The notes under the pieces were generated by a model. The model searched no databases. It was given only the letters and a program-made list of their open reading frames with translations, and was not told the DNA's origin. DNA of 64,000 nt from Candidatus Eiseniibacteriota bacterium (GTDB lineage: Bacteria; Eisenbacteria; RBG-16-71-46; CAZAMP01), in contig OZ245046.1 in NCBI GenBank assembly GCA_965224245.1, positions 5,568,001 through 5,632,000 of the forward strand, read 5' to 3'. Both the position numbers and the translations under genes were made by a program. This document shows positions 1 to 8,629 of this stretch, piece after piece; positions within the stretch are counted from its first letter, which is position 1, and every line of letters begins with the position of its first letter.

Positions 1-62
1 CTGGCGGCCATGGCCGCGAGGACGACCGCGATCACGCACCAGTCGATCGGTGCCAGCGTCAT
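1..62 (-). CDS. N-terminus of a membrane protein, probably sodium:solute symporter family (partial, runs off window)
   Basis: ATG at 62 overlaps the upstream stop (ATGA). Translates MTLAPIDWCVIAVVLAAMAA, resembling the IDW-hydrophobic start typical of SSS transporters. Confidence 0.55.
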   Translation of the reverse strand, partial: MTLAPIDWCVIAVVLAAMAA

Positions 63-1195
63 CGATCCGGCTCGGTCCAGAGGCGGCCGTCCTCGAGGAT
101 GGTGGCGGCTCCCCCCGGGATCTCCAGCCGGCACTCGAAGCCGAGCGGGGTCGCGGTCAGGGCCGGTGGCCACGGAACACCGGGCACCGGTGGGGCACTC
201 AGGCCGAGCGCGTCGACGTCCCCAGCCCAGTGACCCTCGCGCGACCGGAATGTGCGCTGCGCGTAGTAGACGCGGCTCAGCGCCGCGCGGACCGCGGCAT
301 GCGGGTCGGGGGCGGCCGTCGCGTCGGGCGGCGCGCCGGGCGGGGCGAACTCGACGATGCCCCACATCTCCGGGTAGTGCATGTTCACCAGACCCTGGGG
401 TGACCAGACCCAGTTGTCCTCGGGCAACGGATCACCGCTCTCCGGATCGACCTGCTTGCGGTATCCGCCGCCGGCAACGTCGAGGCGCCACTGAACCCGT
501 GAGAAGTTCAGGCGCCACTGATCCCCGGCGGTCGGCGGTGACGATCGGCCCGCGCACTCCCGCAGAATCGCCCAGGGGAAGGCGATCTCGATCGACCAGC
601 CCTCGTCGACGTCGGTGGGATCGTTGAGCGTTCCGTCGACGTGAACGGCGCTGGCCAGCCCGGCGATGTCCCACGCGTGCACGGCCGGTCCGCCGTCCCG
701 GTAGGGCTTCACGATCAGGAGATCCCACTCGGTGCCCAGCGCGTTCACCTCGAGCTCGTAGTACGCGTGCGTGTCCCCGTCGGGATCGATGAACACCTCG
801 AAGTCGTTGTCGTGGAAGATCACCGCGTCGCGCTCGGTCAGGGTGGCCCACACGTGGGGCTCCTCCATGACCGCGGCGACGTACAGGTGCTCGTCGTCCC
901 ACAGGAGCTTGGCCCGCGTGCGGTGCCGCGGGGCCGCGTACGCGTCACCGCGGATGTCCACGAAGTCCGCCGTCCAGGGGGCGCGGCCCCATCCGTCGTC
1001 GGTCAGGCGTCCGTCGACGACGATGGCATCGGTCGTGCGACGGCAGAGGTACGACCGGGGCGCCTGGGCGATCTCGGGAGCCGGAAACTCGGCCGCCGCC
1101 GGCGCGGAGGCAGCCCCGGCCGCGAGCATCGACACGGCCGCGCCGACACCACCGACGAGGTTCCGGCGCGCGTGAGCCGGCGGGCGCGTGCTCAT
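59..1195 (-). CDS. Secreted carbohydrate-binding family 9-like (CBM9/DOMON-like) protein
   Basis: Start MSTRPP at 1195 overlaps the upstream stop. Signal-like segment, then IVVDGRL..W, T.AKLLWDDEHLYV, DNDFEVFIDP, YYELEVNALG, WRLNFSRVQW and NMHYPEMWG motifs. Confidence 0.8.
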   Translation of the reverse strand: MSTRPPAHARRNLVGGVGAAVSMLAAGAASAPAAAEFPAPEIAQAPRSYLCRRTTDAIVVDGRLTDDGWGRAPWTADFVDIRGDAYAAPRHRTRAKLLWDDEHLYVAAVMEEPHVWATLTERDAVIFHDNDFEVFIDPDGDTHAYYELEVNALGTEWDLLIVKPYRDGGPAVHAWDIAGLASAVHVDGTLNDPTDVDEGWSIEIAFPWAILRECAGRSSPPTAGDQWRLNFSRVQWRLDVAGGGYRKQVDPESGDPLPEDNWVWSPQGLVNMHYPEMWGIVEFAPPGAPPDATAAPDPHAAVRAALSRVYYAQRTFRSREGHWAGDVDALGLSAPPVPGVPWPPALTATPLGFECRLEIPGGAATILEDGRLWTEPDR

Positions 1196-1800
1196 GCAGC
1201 GTCCCGCCGATCGGACTCCGGCCGCCGGCGCCACGGCCAGTACACCAGACCGAAGAGCACGAATGGAACGAACGCCTGCGTGACGTCGGTCAACGACGCG
1301 GTGATGCGAAGCGCACGGGGAACGTGGCCGCGATTCTCGTAGGCGGCCACGTAGCACGCCATGAGGGTCGCCAGCAGCACGTGGAACGCGATCAGGAGCC
1401 CGACGCCGAGGGGAACGCGCCAGAGCCCGGGGCGTCCCAGGATGTTGGATCGCGTCTGGGGGACCGCGAGGCCGGCCACGAGCAGCGCGACGAACACGGG
1501 GTAGATCAGCTTCGCGGTCTTCTCCAGCACGGTCAGCGTGGGCTTGCGGACGTTGTTCTCGAGCACCAGAATCGGGCCCGCGGTGTCGTCGTCGGTGATC
1601 CAGACGACGTCGGGGCTGACCGACTCGATCTGCTTCGCCACCAGAGGGGCGATCGTGCCGTAGTAGGCCGGGGACACCCGCGACCACCCGATCCCCAGAA
1701 GAAGCGATGCGACCAGGAACACCCCCATGGCGACCACCACGGTCCCGGGTGTCGGCGCCGTGACGGCATTTCCAGGCTCTTCGGAAGCGACCGTCGGCAC
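1192..1800 (-). CDS. Multi-TM membrane protein, probable exosortase-associated protein
   Basis: Four hydrophobic segments, GAGGGG RBS before GTG, lies two genes from an exosortase. Function inferred from context and topology. Confidence 0.55.
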   Translation of the reverse strand: MPTVASEEPGNAVTAPTPGTVVVAMGVFLVASLLLGIGWSRVSPAYYGTIAPLVAKQIESVSPDVVWITDDDTAGPILVLENNVRKPTLTVLEKTAKLIYPVFVALLVAGLAVPQTRSNILGRPGLWRVPLGVGLLIAFHVLLATLMACYVAAYENRGHVPRALRITASLTDVTQAFVPFVLFGLVYWPWRRRPESDRRDAA

Positions 1801-1905
1801 GCACCCCCCTCAGGGTTGCTCGATCGAGGACCACTTGGATACCATTGTGGCATCTCCGGTGGCGCTCTGCCAGGGAGCGTCGCGATCACATCAGGGGGAC
1901 GTCGC

Positions 1906-2400
1906 ATGCACGCCGCACGCTGGGCTTTCGCGCTGCTTCTGGGTCTGGTGCTGTCGGTGGGCACGGCATCGCTCACCCGCGCGGCCGATGCCTACATCGG
2001 CGTCACCGGGACCGCGTCGGAAGACGGCATCGTCGAGATCGTGATCGAGGACAACACGTCACCGCTCGCCGCGGTCTACACCGTCACGGTCGAGGTGATG
2101 GCCGGTGACACCTCCGATCAGACCGCGCAGAACATCGTCACTCGATCTCGCGACACGTTGCCGGAGACGTTCGACCCTCGGCGCGACGACAGCTGCGTGA
2201 CGATCCGGGGACCCTTCATCGACATCCAGGTCCTCGACGGCGTCATCGGACAGCGAGTGGAGCTGATCGAGACTCCGTGCCCGGCCAGCGTCACGCGCTC
2301 GGCACCCTCGATGGGCTCGATCGCGATCGCCATGGTGGCGGCGGCGCTTCTCGTGGTCGGGGTCGGCGCCCGGTCACGTCGTCGCGCGCGTCCGGCGTGA
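1906..2400 (+). CDS. Small secreted protein with IPTL-CTERM-like C-terminal sorting signal
   Basis: Signal peptide MHAARWAFALLLGLVLSVGTASLTRAA. C-terminus APSMGSIAIAMVAAALLVVGVGARSRRRARPA is motif + TM helix + basic tail. Confidence 0.75.
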   Translation: MHAARWAFALLLGLVLSVGTASLTRAADAYIGVTGTASEDGIVEIVIEDNTSPLAAVYTVTVEVMAGDTSDQTAQNIVTRSRDTLPETFDPRRDDSCVTIRGPFIDIQVLDGVIGQRVELIETPCPASVTRSAPSMGSIAIAMVAAALLVVGVGARSRRRARPA

Positions 2401-2892
2401 CGGCTCGCCCTTCATCGCGAAGACCATCACGAAGCCGACGAGCGCAGCGCCCCACACCACCTGCCAGAGATAGTCGTGGGCGAACTCGGCGAACTCGGGT
2501 GTATGGACCATCAGCAAGCCGAGGGCGACGAGACGACCGACGTTGACCACGGCGATGAAGACGAGCGCGAGCAGCTCGGCCCGGATCTTCGCCTTCCAGG
2601 GCTTCGGGAACGCGACGATGAACGACGTGAGCAGGATGGCGGCGTAGATGCCCGTGCACTCGTCGATGATGACCACCGCGCGGTCCGCGAACAACACGTC
2701 GGTACCGCTGACCGCGGCGTGATGTCCGAAGAGGCGCAGGCCGGCACCCATGGCGCTGGCGAAGGCGAGCTTCAGTGGCCACAGCACGCGACCGGCGATG
2801 GGAAGCTGGAGCAGCAGGAGGCCGGCCGCCGCGAGCGCCCCGAACAGCCCGACGAAGCGCGTCGTCGGTGAGCGAAGTGGGTTGTACGCCAT
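2374..2892 (-). CDS. Exosortase/archaeosortase family transpeptidase
   Basis: Cys-Arg-His triad: IIDECTG, VNVGRLVAL, FAHDYLWQV in a small polytopic membrane protein. Confidence 0.88.
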   Translation of the reverse strand: MAYNPLRSPTTRFVGLFGALAAAGLLLLQLPIAGRVLWPLKLAFASAMGAGLRLFGHHAAVSGTDVLFADRAVVIIDECTGIYAAILLTSFIVAFPKPWKAKIRAELLALVFIAVVNVGRLVALGLLMVHTPEFAEFAHDYLWQVVWGAALVGFVMVFAMKGEPSRRTRATT

Positions 2893-3021
2893 GTTGATCA
2901 CTCCGGGACCGGGTCGTCAGGATACTCCGACCGGCCGGCGCGTGCCTAGTCGCGTCGGGCGGGGCGTCCCGGTACCCGCGCACCGGCCCGCCGGGGGTCA
3001 CACCTTCCCGGGCTCGCCCAC

Positions 3022-6000
3022 ATGATCTCCACCGACCTCACCAGAGTCGGGCCGTACGAGATCGTCGAGCCGATCGGACGGGGCGCGCACAGCCGGGTGT
3101 ATCGCGCGCGCCGCCGTGACGATCCGGTGGACGTGGCGATCAAGATCCTCGACCGCGACGTCATGCGCGGAGAGGTCCGCGAGCGTTTCCTGGCCGAGGC
3201 GAGACTGGTGCGCCTCCTGGACGATCCCGCCATTCCCCGGATCCATGAGGTGGGTCACGCCGGCGGGGTCGACTTCATCGTGATGGACCTGGTGGCCGGG
3301 CGCGCTCTCGACGAGATCCTCCGGGACCGGGGGCGGCTGTCGGTGGCGGAGGTCGTACGCATCGGTCACCAGCTGGCCCGGGTTCTGGTGGTCGCCCACG
3401 CGGCCGGCGTCCGACACGGAGATCTGAAGCCCGCGAACGTGATGCTGTCCCCCGACGGCCGCCTCCAGCTCCTGGACTTCGGGTTGTCGATGACGATCGA
3501 TCCCGACGCGATGACGGTGCCGGGGAGGCTCACCGGGACCGTTGCCTACATGGCGCCCGAGCAGCTCCTCGGCGAGGCGCTCGACGCGCGCGCGGACATC
3601 TACGCGGCGTCGGCCGTGCTGTACGAGCTGCTGGCGGGCCGGCGTCCCTCGCTGGGCGATCGGTTCGAGACCCTCGTACACGCGATCCTGAACGTTCCGC
3701 CGCCGCGGCTCGGCCGCCTCGGCATCGACGTTCCCGAGCCGGTGGAGCGCGTGGTGGTGGCCGGGCTGGCGAAGTCGGTCGGCGACCGGTATCCGACGAC
3801 GGCCGACATGCTGCGGGACTGGGAGATCCTGTACGCCACCGGCGACCCGTCGCAGGCCGCGACCCGCCTCGGGGTCGGTGTGGACGTCTACGCGCGTCTC
3901 GCACGCGAGCGACACGTTCCGATCCTGGGGCGCGAACGCGAGCTGGCGGGGATCGAGCGCGCCGCGCGTCGCGTGCGCGATGGCGGGGCCGAGATCGTCG
4001 TGGTCGAAGGAGACGCGGGGCTCGGCAAGAGCCGCCTCCTCGACGAAGCGGTGGGAACGCTCGACACGATGGGCTATCGCGTCGTGCGCGCGCAGTGCGA
4101 CGCCGGAGGATCGGCGTATCGGCTCTGGGTCGACCTCCTGCGCGAGCTCCTGGCCGACCTCGACGCGAATGGCGCCGCCGGGCTGACCGACGCGCTCGCG
4201 CGGATGGACCTCCGGGTCCACGCGCGGGTGCTGACGTCGTTTCTGGGCTACGCCGCGGATGCGGCCGGCCACCACCGGCCCGACGTGGACGAACTGGCCG
4301 ATCCCGGTCAGCGCATCGTGACCGCGATCGCCGCGGTCGTCGAGCGTGGCGCGGAGGATCGACCCGTCGCGTTCGTGATCGACGACCTGGATCGCGCGGA
4401 CACCCTCTCACGATCGCTGATCGGGCGCGTGGCCGAGCTCGTGCCGCATGCGCCCGTGCTGACGGTCGCGACGTCCACGTCCCGGTTCTGGTCGTCCGGC
4501 TCGCCGGCTCCGGCGCTGGGAATGGTCGGCGATCGCGGTAACCGCGTCCTGACGATGCAGCTCCGCGGTCTCTCCGGCAGACAGGTCGCCGAGCTCGTGC
4601 GCGAGCGACTGGGCGACGCCGACGAGCTCGAAGCGCTGGCCGAGCAGATCTCCTTCGACAGCCGCGGCAACCCCCTTCACGTGGTCGAGATGCTGACGTT
4701 TCTGGAGACGCGGGGCCTCCTCCGGCGCCGGTCCGGACGCTGGGTGCTGACGGGGCCCGTGCGGGGACTGCCGCTTCCGAGGCGCCTGGCCGATGCGCTC
4801 GCCGCGCGCGTCGACGCGCTCACCGACGTCGACCGGCGCACTCTGGAGACAGCCGCCGTGGCCGGCGATACGTTTCGGGCACACGTGGTGGCCCGCGCTT
4901 CCGGAGTGACCCCGGCCACCGGCCTCGGCGTGCTCCGCCGCCTCGAGGCCGAAGGCGGGCTGGTCGTGTCCACACCGAGCGGCTACCGGTTCACGTCCCG
5001 CGCGATCCGGGAGCAGCTCCATCGGCGTCTCGACGAGGCCCGAGCCCGTGAGATCCACGGTGCACTCGGCGACGCGTACGTCGACGAGACCGGCGACGAC
5101 ACACACGCCCGCATCGTGGCCGAGCACTTGCTCCAGGGGGGCCGATACGAGGCCGCGGCCGAGATGTTCGAGCGCGCCGCCGAGCGAGACTTCTCGCTCT
5201 TCGTGAACGATGCCGCCGCGGAGGCGTTCGAGCGCGCGCGCGCGATCTGGGAGGACCACGATCCCGAGGCGGGGCTGCCGGCCCTCTGCCGGCTCGGCCG
5301 CCGGCTGAGCGCGGTCGAGGTGCGATGCGGCCGGCTGGACGATGCGCTCCTGACCGCGTCCCTCGTGGAGCCGCTCACGACCCGGCTCGGGGACGCGAGC
5401 GAGCTCGGCGAGCTCCGGCTCGTCATCACCGAGGCTCGATCGCTGCGGGACGGCGGCGACCGGGCGCTCGAGACCGCCGCACTGGCACGAGACGCGTTCG
5501 CCCGCGCCGGCGACGAGGGGGGACTCGCTCGCGTCGCCGAGCTCGAAGGCGTCGTCCGCCAGCATCAGGGCCGGATCTCCGACGCGCTCGATCGGTTCGA
5601 CGAGGCTCTCCGCCGCGCGACCGCGATCGAGGACTCCTGGACGATCGCACGCGCGCACTACCGGCGCGGGAGCTGCCTCAGGCGTCTCGGCCGGCTGGAC
5701 GAGAGCCTCGAGTCGCTCCGTGCCGCGCGCGACCGCCTCTCCGAGAGCGGAGACGTGATCGCCGCCGCCAGTGCGAGCGGCGAGATCGGGAGCGTGCTGT
5801 TCCAGCGCCGCGAGTACGACGAGGCCAGTGCGGAGTACCTGGCGTGCTTGCGCGTGATGCGCGCGTCCGGCGACGTGCGCCGCCACGCCATCGCGGTCAT
5901 GAACGCCGGCAACGCCGACTTCGCACGGGGCGCGCTCCTGGGTGCGATCAATCTCTACCGCGAAGCTCTGCGCCTGAGGCTGGCGCTCGGCGACGACGGT

Positions 6001-6906
6001 GGCATCGGCCGCGTCCAGCTGAATCTCGCACACGTGTACCTCCACGTCGGCCTGTACCGACATGCGGTGCTGGCGGCACACGATGCGCTGGAGCGGTGCG
6101 AGCGACTCGAGGATCCGCGCCAGTTCGGGAACGCGGCGGCGCTGGTCGGTGTGCTGTACCGGGATCTGGGTGAGGTCGAGCGCGCCGATGACGCGTTTCG
6201 ATCCGCCGAGGAGGTGTTCGCGGGTGCCGGGCTCGAGGCGCGACGGCGCCAGGCGCGGCTCGAGCGCGCTGCGCTGGCCGCGTCCACGGGGGACGTCGAC
6301 GCCGCGCGCGGGATCCTGTCGGACGAACGCTCCGCCGACGGTGGGGACGGCACGCCGGCAGCCGATTCCGACGACGACGCCGACATCGGCACCGAGCTGG
6401 AGATCGCGCGTGCGGCCGGTGATCACGCGCGCGCCGCCGCCGTGGCGGGCCGGCTGGTGGATGCAATGGCGCGAGCCGGGCATCGGCTGCAGAGACTGGG
6501 CGCCGAGGTGACACTCCTCGAGTGCCGGACGCAGCTGATGGGCGCCGGCACCCCGCTCGACGGGGTCGGCGAGTACGCCGAGCTGGGCGCGCTGGCCCGG
6601 CGACTTCTCGGGCGGGCGGTCGACGCGCACGCGCGGCCGCTGGAGCTCCGCATTCGCTTCGCCGGCGCCGAGATCGTGGGACGCCGGCGTCCGGCCGACG
6701 CCATCGAGACGCTCCTTCCCGCCCTGGCGCGGGCGGACGAGATCCTCCCCGACGTGCCGCCCGATTTTCGGCTGGGGTGGGCAACGCGCTTTGGGTACCT
6801 TCGTGCGCTGAAACTCTGGGAGAGCTGGGCCCGCGAGCTTCCCGACGAGGGTATCCGTGGCCAGCACCTGGCGCGGATCGCGACGCGCCGAGCCGAGCTC
6901 GGCTGA
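3022..6906 (+). CDS. Ser/Thr protein kinase fused to AAA/STAND-type ATPase and TPR array
   Basis: VAIK, HGDLKPAN, DFG and YMAPE kinase motifs; Walker A GDAGLGKS; Walker B VIDDLD; GNPL motif; C-terminal TPR-like helices. Confidence 0.88.
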   Translation: MISTDLTRVGPYEIVEPIGRGAHSRVYRARRRDDPVDVAIKILDRDVMRGEVRERFLAEARLVRLLDDPAIPRIHEVGHAGGVDFIVMDLVAGRALDEILRDRGRLSVAEVVRIGHQLARVLVVAHAAGVRHGDLKPANVMLSPDGRLQLLDFGLSMTIDPDAMTVPGRLTGTVAYMAPEQLLGEALDARADIYAASAVLYELLAGRRPSLGDRFETLVHAILNVPPPRLGRLGIDVPEPVERVVVAGLAKSVGDRYPTTADMLRDWEILYATGDPSQAATRLGVGVDVYARLARERHVPILGRERELAGIERAARRVRDGGAEIVVVEGDAGLGKSRLLDEAVGTLDTMGYRVVRAQCDAGGSAYRLWVDLLRELLADLDANGAAGLTDALARMDLRVHARVLTSFLGYAADAAGHHRPDVDELADPGQRIVTAIAAVVERGAEDRPVAFVIDDLDRADTLSRSLIGRVAELVPHAPVLTVATSTSRFWSSGSPAPALGMVGDRGNRVLTMQLRGLSGRQVAELVRERLGDADELEALAEQISFDSRGNPLHVVEMLTFLETRGLLRRRSGRWVLTGPVRGLPLPRRLADALAARVDALTDVDRRTLETAAVAGDTFRAHVVARASGVTPATGLGVLRRLEAEGGLVVSTPSGYRFTSRAIREQLHRRLDEARAREIHGALGDAYVDETGDDTHARIVAEHLLQGGRYEAAAEMFERAAERDFSLFVNDAAAEAFERARAIWEDHDPEAGLPALCRLGRRLSAVEVRCGRLDDALLTASLVEPLTTRLGDASELGELRLVITEARSLRDGGDRALETAALARDAFARAGDEGGLARVAELEGVVRQHQGRISDALDRFDEALRRATAIEDSWTIARAHYRRGSCLRRLGRLDESLESLRAARDRLSESGDVIAAASASGEIGSVLFQRREYDEASAEYLACLRVMRASGDVRRHAIAVMNAGNADFARGALLGAINLYREALRLRLALGDDGGIGRVQLNLAHVYLHVGLYRHAVLAAHDALERCERLEDPRQFGNAAALVGVLYRDLGEVERADDAFRSAEEVFAGAGLEARRRQARLERAALAASTGDVDAARGILSDERSADGGDGTPAADSDDDADIGTELEIARAAGDHARAAAVAGRLVDAMARAGHRLQRLGAEVTLLECRTQLMGAGTPLDGVGEYAELGALARRLLGRAVDAHARPLELRIRFAGAEIVGRRRPADAIETLLPALARADEILPDVPPDFRLGWATRFGYLRALKLWESWARELPDEGIRGQHLARIATRRAELG

Positions 6907-6966
6907 AGAGCAGACGACTGTCACGAGGCGCCCCCGGCGGGCCGCCCGTGCTTGGAGGCGAGAACC

Positions 6967-8067
6967 ATGGGTGCCACGCCGATGCGGATCGGCATCTTGA
7001 CCGGCGGCGGCGATTGTCCCGGCCTGAACGCGGTCATCCGGGCGGTGGCCAAGCCGGCGATGTACGAGCATCGCGCCACGGTGTTCGGCATCGAGGACGG
7101 CTTCGAAGGGCTGGTCGAGGGCCGGTTGCGCCAGCTCACGCAGGCCGACGTGTCGGGAATCATCAACCTGGGCGGCACGATCCTCGGCACGTCCAACAAG
7201 GCCGACCCGTTCCACTACCCGATCCTCGACCACGAGGCCAACATCCAGATCGTCGACGCCTCGGCGAAGGCGTTGCATCACATCGACGGCTGGAACATCG
7301 ACGCGCTGGTGGCCATCGGTGGCGATGGCAGCATGCACATCTCCCGCAAGCTGATGGATCTGGGCGTCAACGTGGTCGGCGTACCCAAGACGATCGACAA
7401 CGATCTTCCGGGCACCGATCTCACGTTCGGCTTCGACTCGGCGGTCATGGTGGCCACCGAGGCCATCGATCGCCTGCACACCACGGCGGAATCGCACCAC
7501 CGCGTGATGGTCATCGAGGTCATGGGGCGCTACGCGGGCTGGATCGCCCTGCACGCGGGGCTGGCCGGGGGCGCGGACATCATCCTGATCCCGGAGATCG
7601 AGTTCGACTGGGAGGTCGTCTTCCGGCGAGTCAAGGCTCGATCCACGCAGGGAAAGCGGTTCAGCATCGTCTGCGTCGCCGAGGGAGCCAAGCCCAAGGG
7701 TGGTGAGGTGGTGGTGAAGTCGTACGACAGGCGTCGCACCGACGCCCGCAAGCTCGGCGGCATCGGCGATCTGGTCACCCAGAAGATCACCGAGAACACG
7801 GAGCTCGAGTGCCGCACGACGGTGCTGGGGCATCTGCAGCGGGGCGGCTCCCCGACGCCGTTCGACCGTGTGCTCGCCAGTCGCTTCGGTGCCCGCGCCG
7901 CCGAGTGCGTGGCCAACGGCAGCTACGGCGTGATGGTCGCGCTCCGCGGCAACGAGGTCACGACGGTCTCGCTGGAGGAGGCGGTGGCGGAGCAACGGCT
8001 CGTCGCCCGCGATTCGCAGACTGTCATGACCGCGCGCGCGGTGGGTACGTCGTTCGGCGACGAGTGA
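6967..8067 (+). CDS. pfkA: 6-phosphofructokinase (group III, probably ATP-dependent)
   Basis: GGGDCPGLN, GGDGS, PKTIDND, EVMGR and LGHLQRGG motifs. Confidence 0.93.
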   Translation: MGATPMRIGILTGGGDCPGLNAVIRAVAKPAMYEHRATVFGIEDGFEGLVEGRLRQLTQADVSGIINLGGTILGTSNKADPFHYPILDHEANIQIVDASAKALHHIDGWNIDALVAIGGDGSMHISRKLMDLGVNVVGVPKTIDNDLPGTDLTFGFDSAVMVATEAIDRLHTTAESHHRVMVIEVMGRYAGWIALHAGLAGGADIILIPEIEFDWEVVFRRVKARSTQGKRFSIVCVAEGAKPKGGEVVVKSYDRRRTDARKLGGIGDLVTQKITENTELECRTTVLGHLQRGGSPTPFDRVLASRFGARAAECVANGSYGVMVALRGNEVTTVSLEEAVAEQRLVARDSQTVMTARAVGTSFGDE

Positions 8068-8094
8068 CGGGGATGATCACCGGCCCCGGCGACG

Positions 8095-8421
8095 TCAGTC
8101 GACGTGAAAGAGTCGATCGAAGTTCGAGACCTGCAGAATGCTCCGAACCTCGGGGGTGCAGTTGGCCACGCGAACAATCGCGTCGGTCGGTCCCCCGGGG
8201 CGCTCGGTGTGCTCCTTCAAGAGAAAGAGCATCCCGAGGGCCGCGCTGTCCATGTAGTCCACGTCGGTGAGATCGACCGTCCAGTCGGTCGTCGATCCGG
8301 CGGCGGACTCGTAGGCGCGCCGAAACGACTCGTACACGTGAACGTCGAACCTGCCGGACAGGACGATCACGACCTCGCCGGTCTTCTCTGTCCGAACGTC
8401 GACTCGGGTGGACTTGCTCAC
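8095..8421 (-). CDS. STAS-domain anti-sigma factor antagonist
   Basis: LSGRFD and VDLTDVDYMDSAALGML (phosphorylatable Ser motif); NFDRLF end. Confidence 0.85.
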   Translation of the reverse strand: MSKSTRVDVRTEKTGEVVIVLSGRFDVHVYESFRRAYESAAGSTTDWTVDLTDVDYMDSAALGMLFLLKEHTERPGGPTDAIVRVANCTPEVRSILQVSNFDRLFHVD

Positions 8422-8629
8422 GGGCTCCCTCGCCTGGGGCTCGCGGAGACGGTCGGCGGGAACGAAGGTGTTATCGGCCGGCGCGCGGTGATGAGCCCGT
8501 GAGAAGTGGGGGCGGGGACCGACGGTGGCGCGAACCGCGCAGCGTATCGCCCGGGCACGAGTCCGGGACGAAGGGCGGGCCGCCGCGCCACGCGGGGAGG
8601 GGTCACGCGGCGCGGCGGCTCGTCTCGGC

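Noticed and set aside
1840..1905. Sigma-54 promoter for the exosortase substrate gene
   Set aside because: TGGCA/TGGCG are present but with no TTGC at the required spacing.
4408..7995. Very long antisense or alternate-frame ORFs (also 16350-19358, 31181-33847, 39200-41896, 54093-56906, 55237-58143)
   Set aside because: Shadow ORFs of real genes, expected at this GC content; no recognisable motifs.
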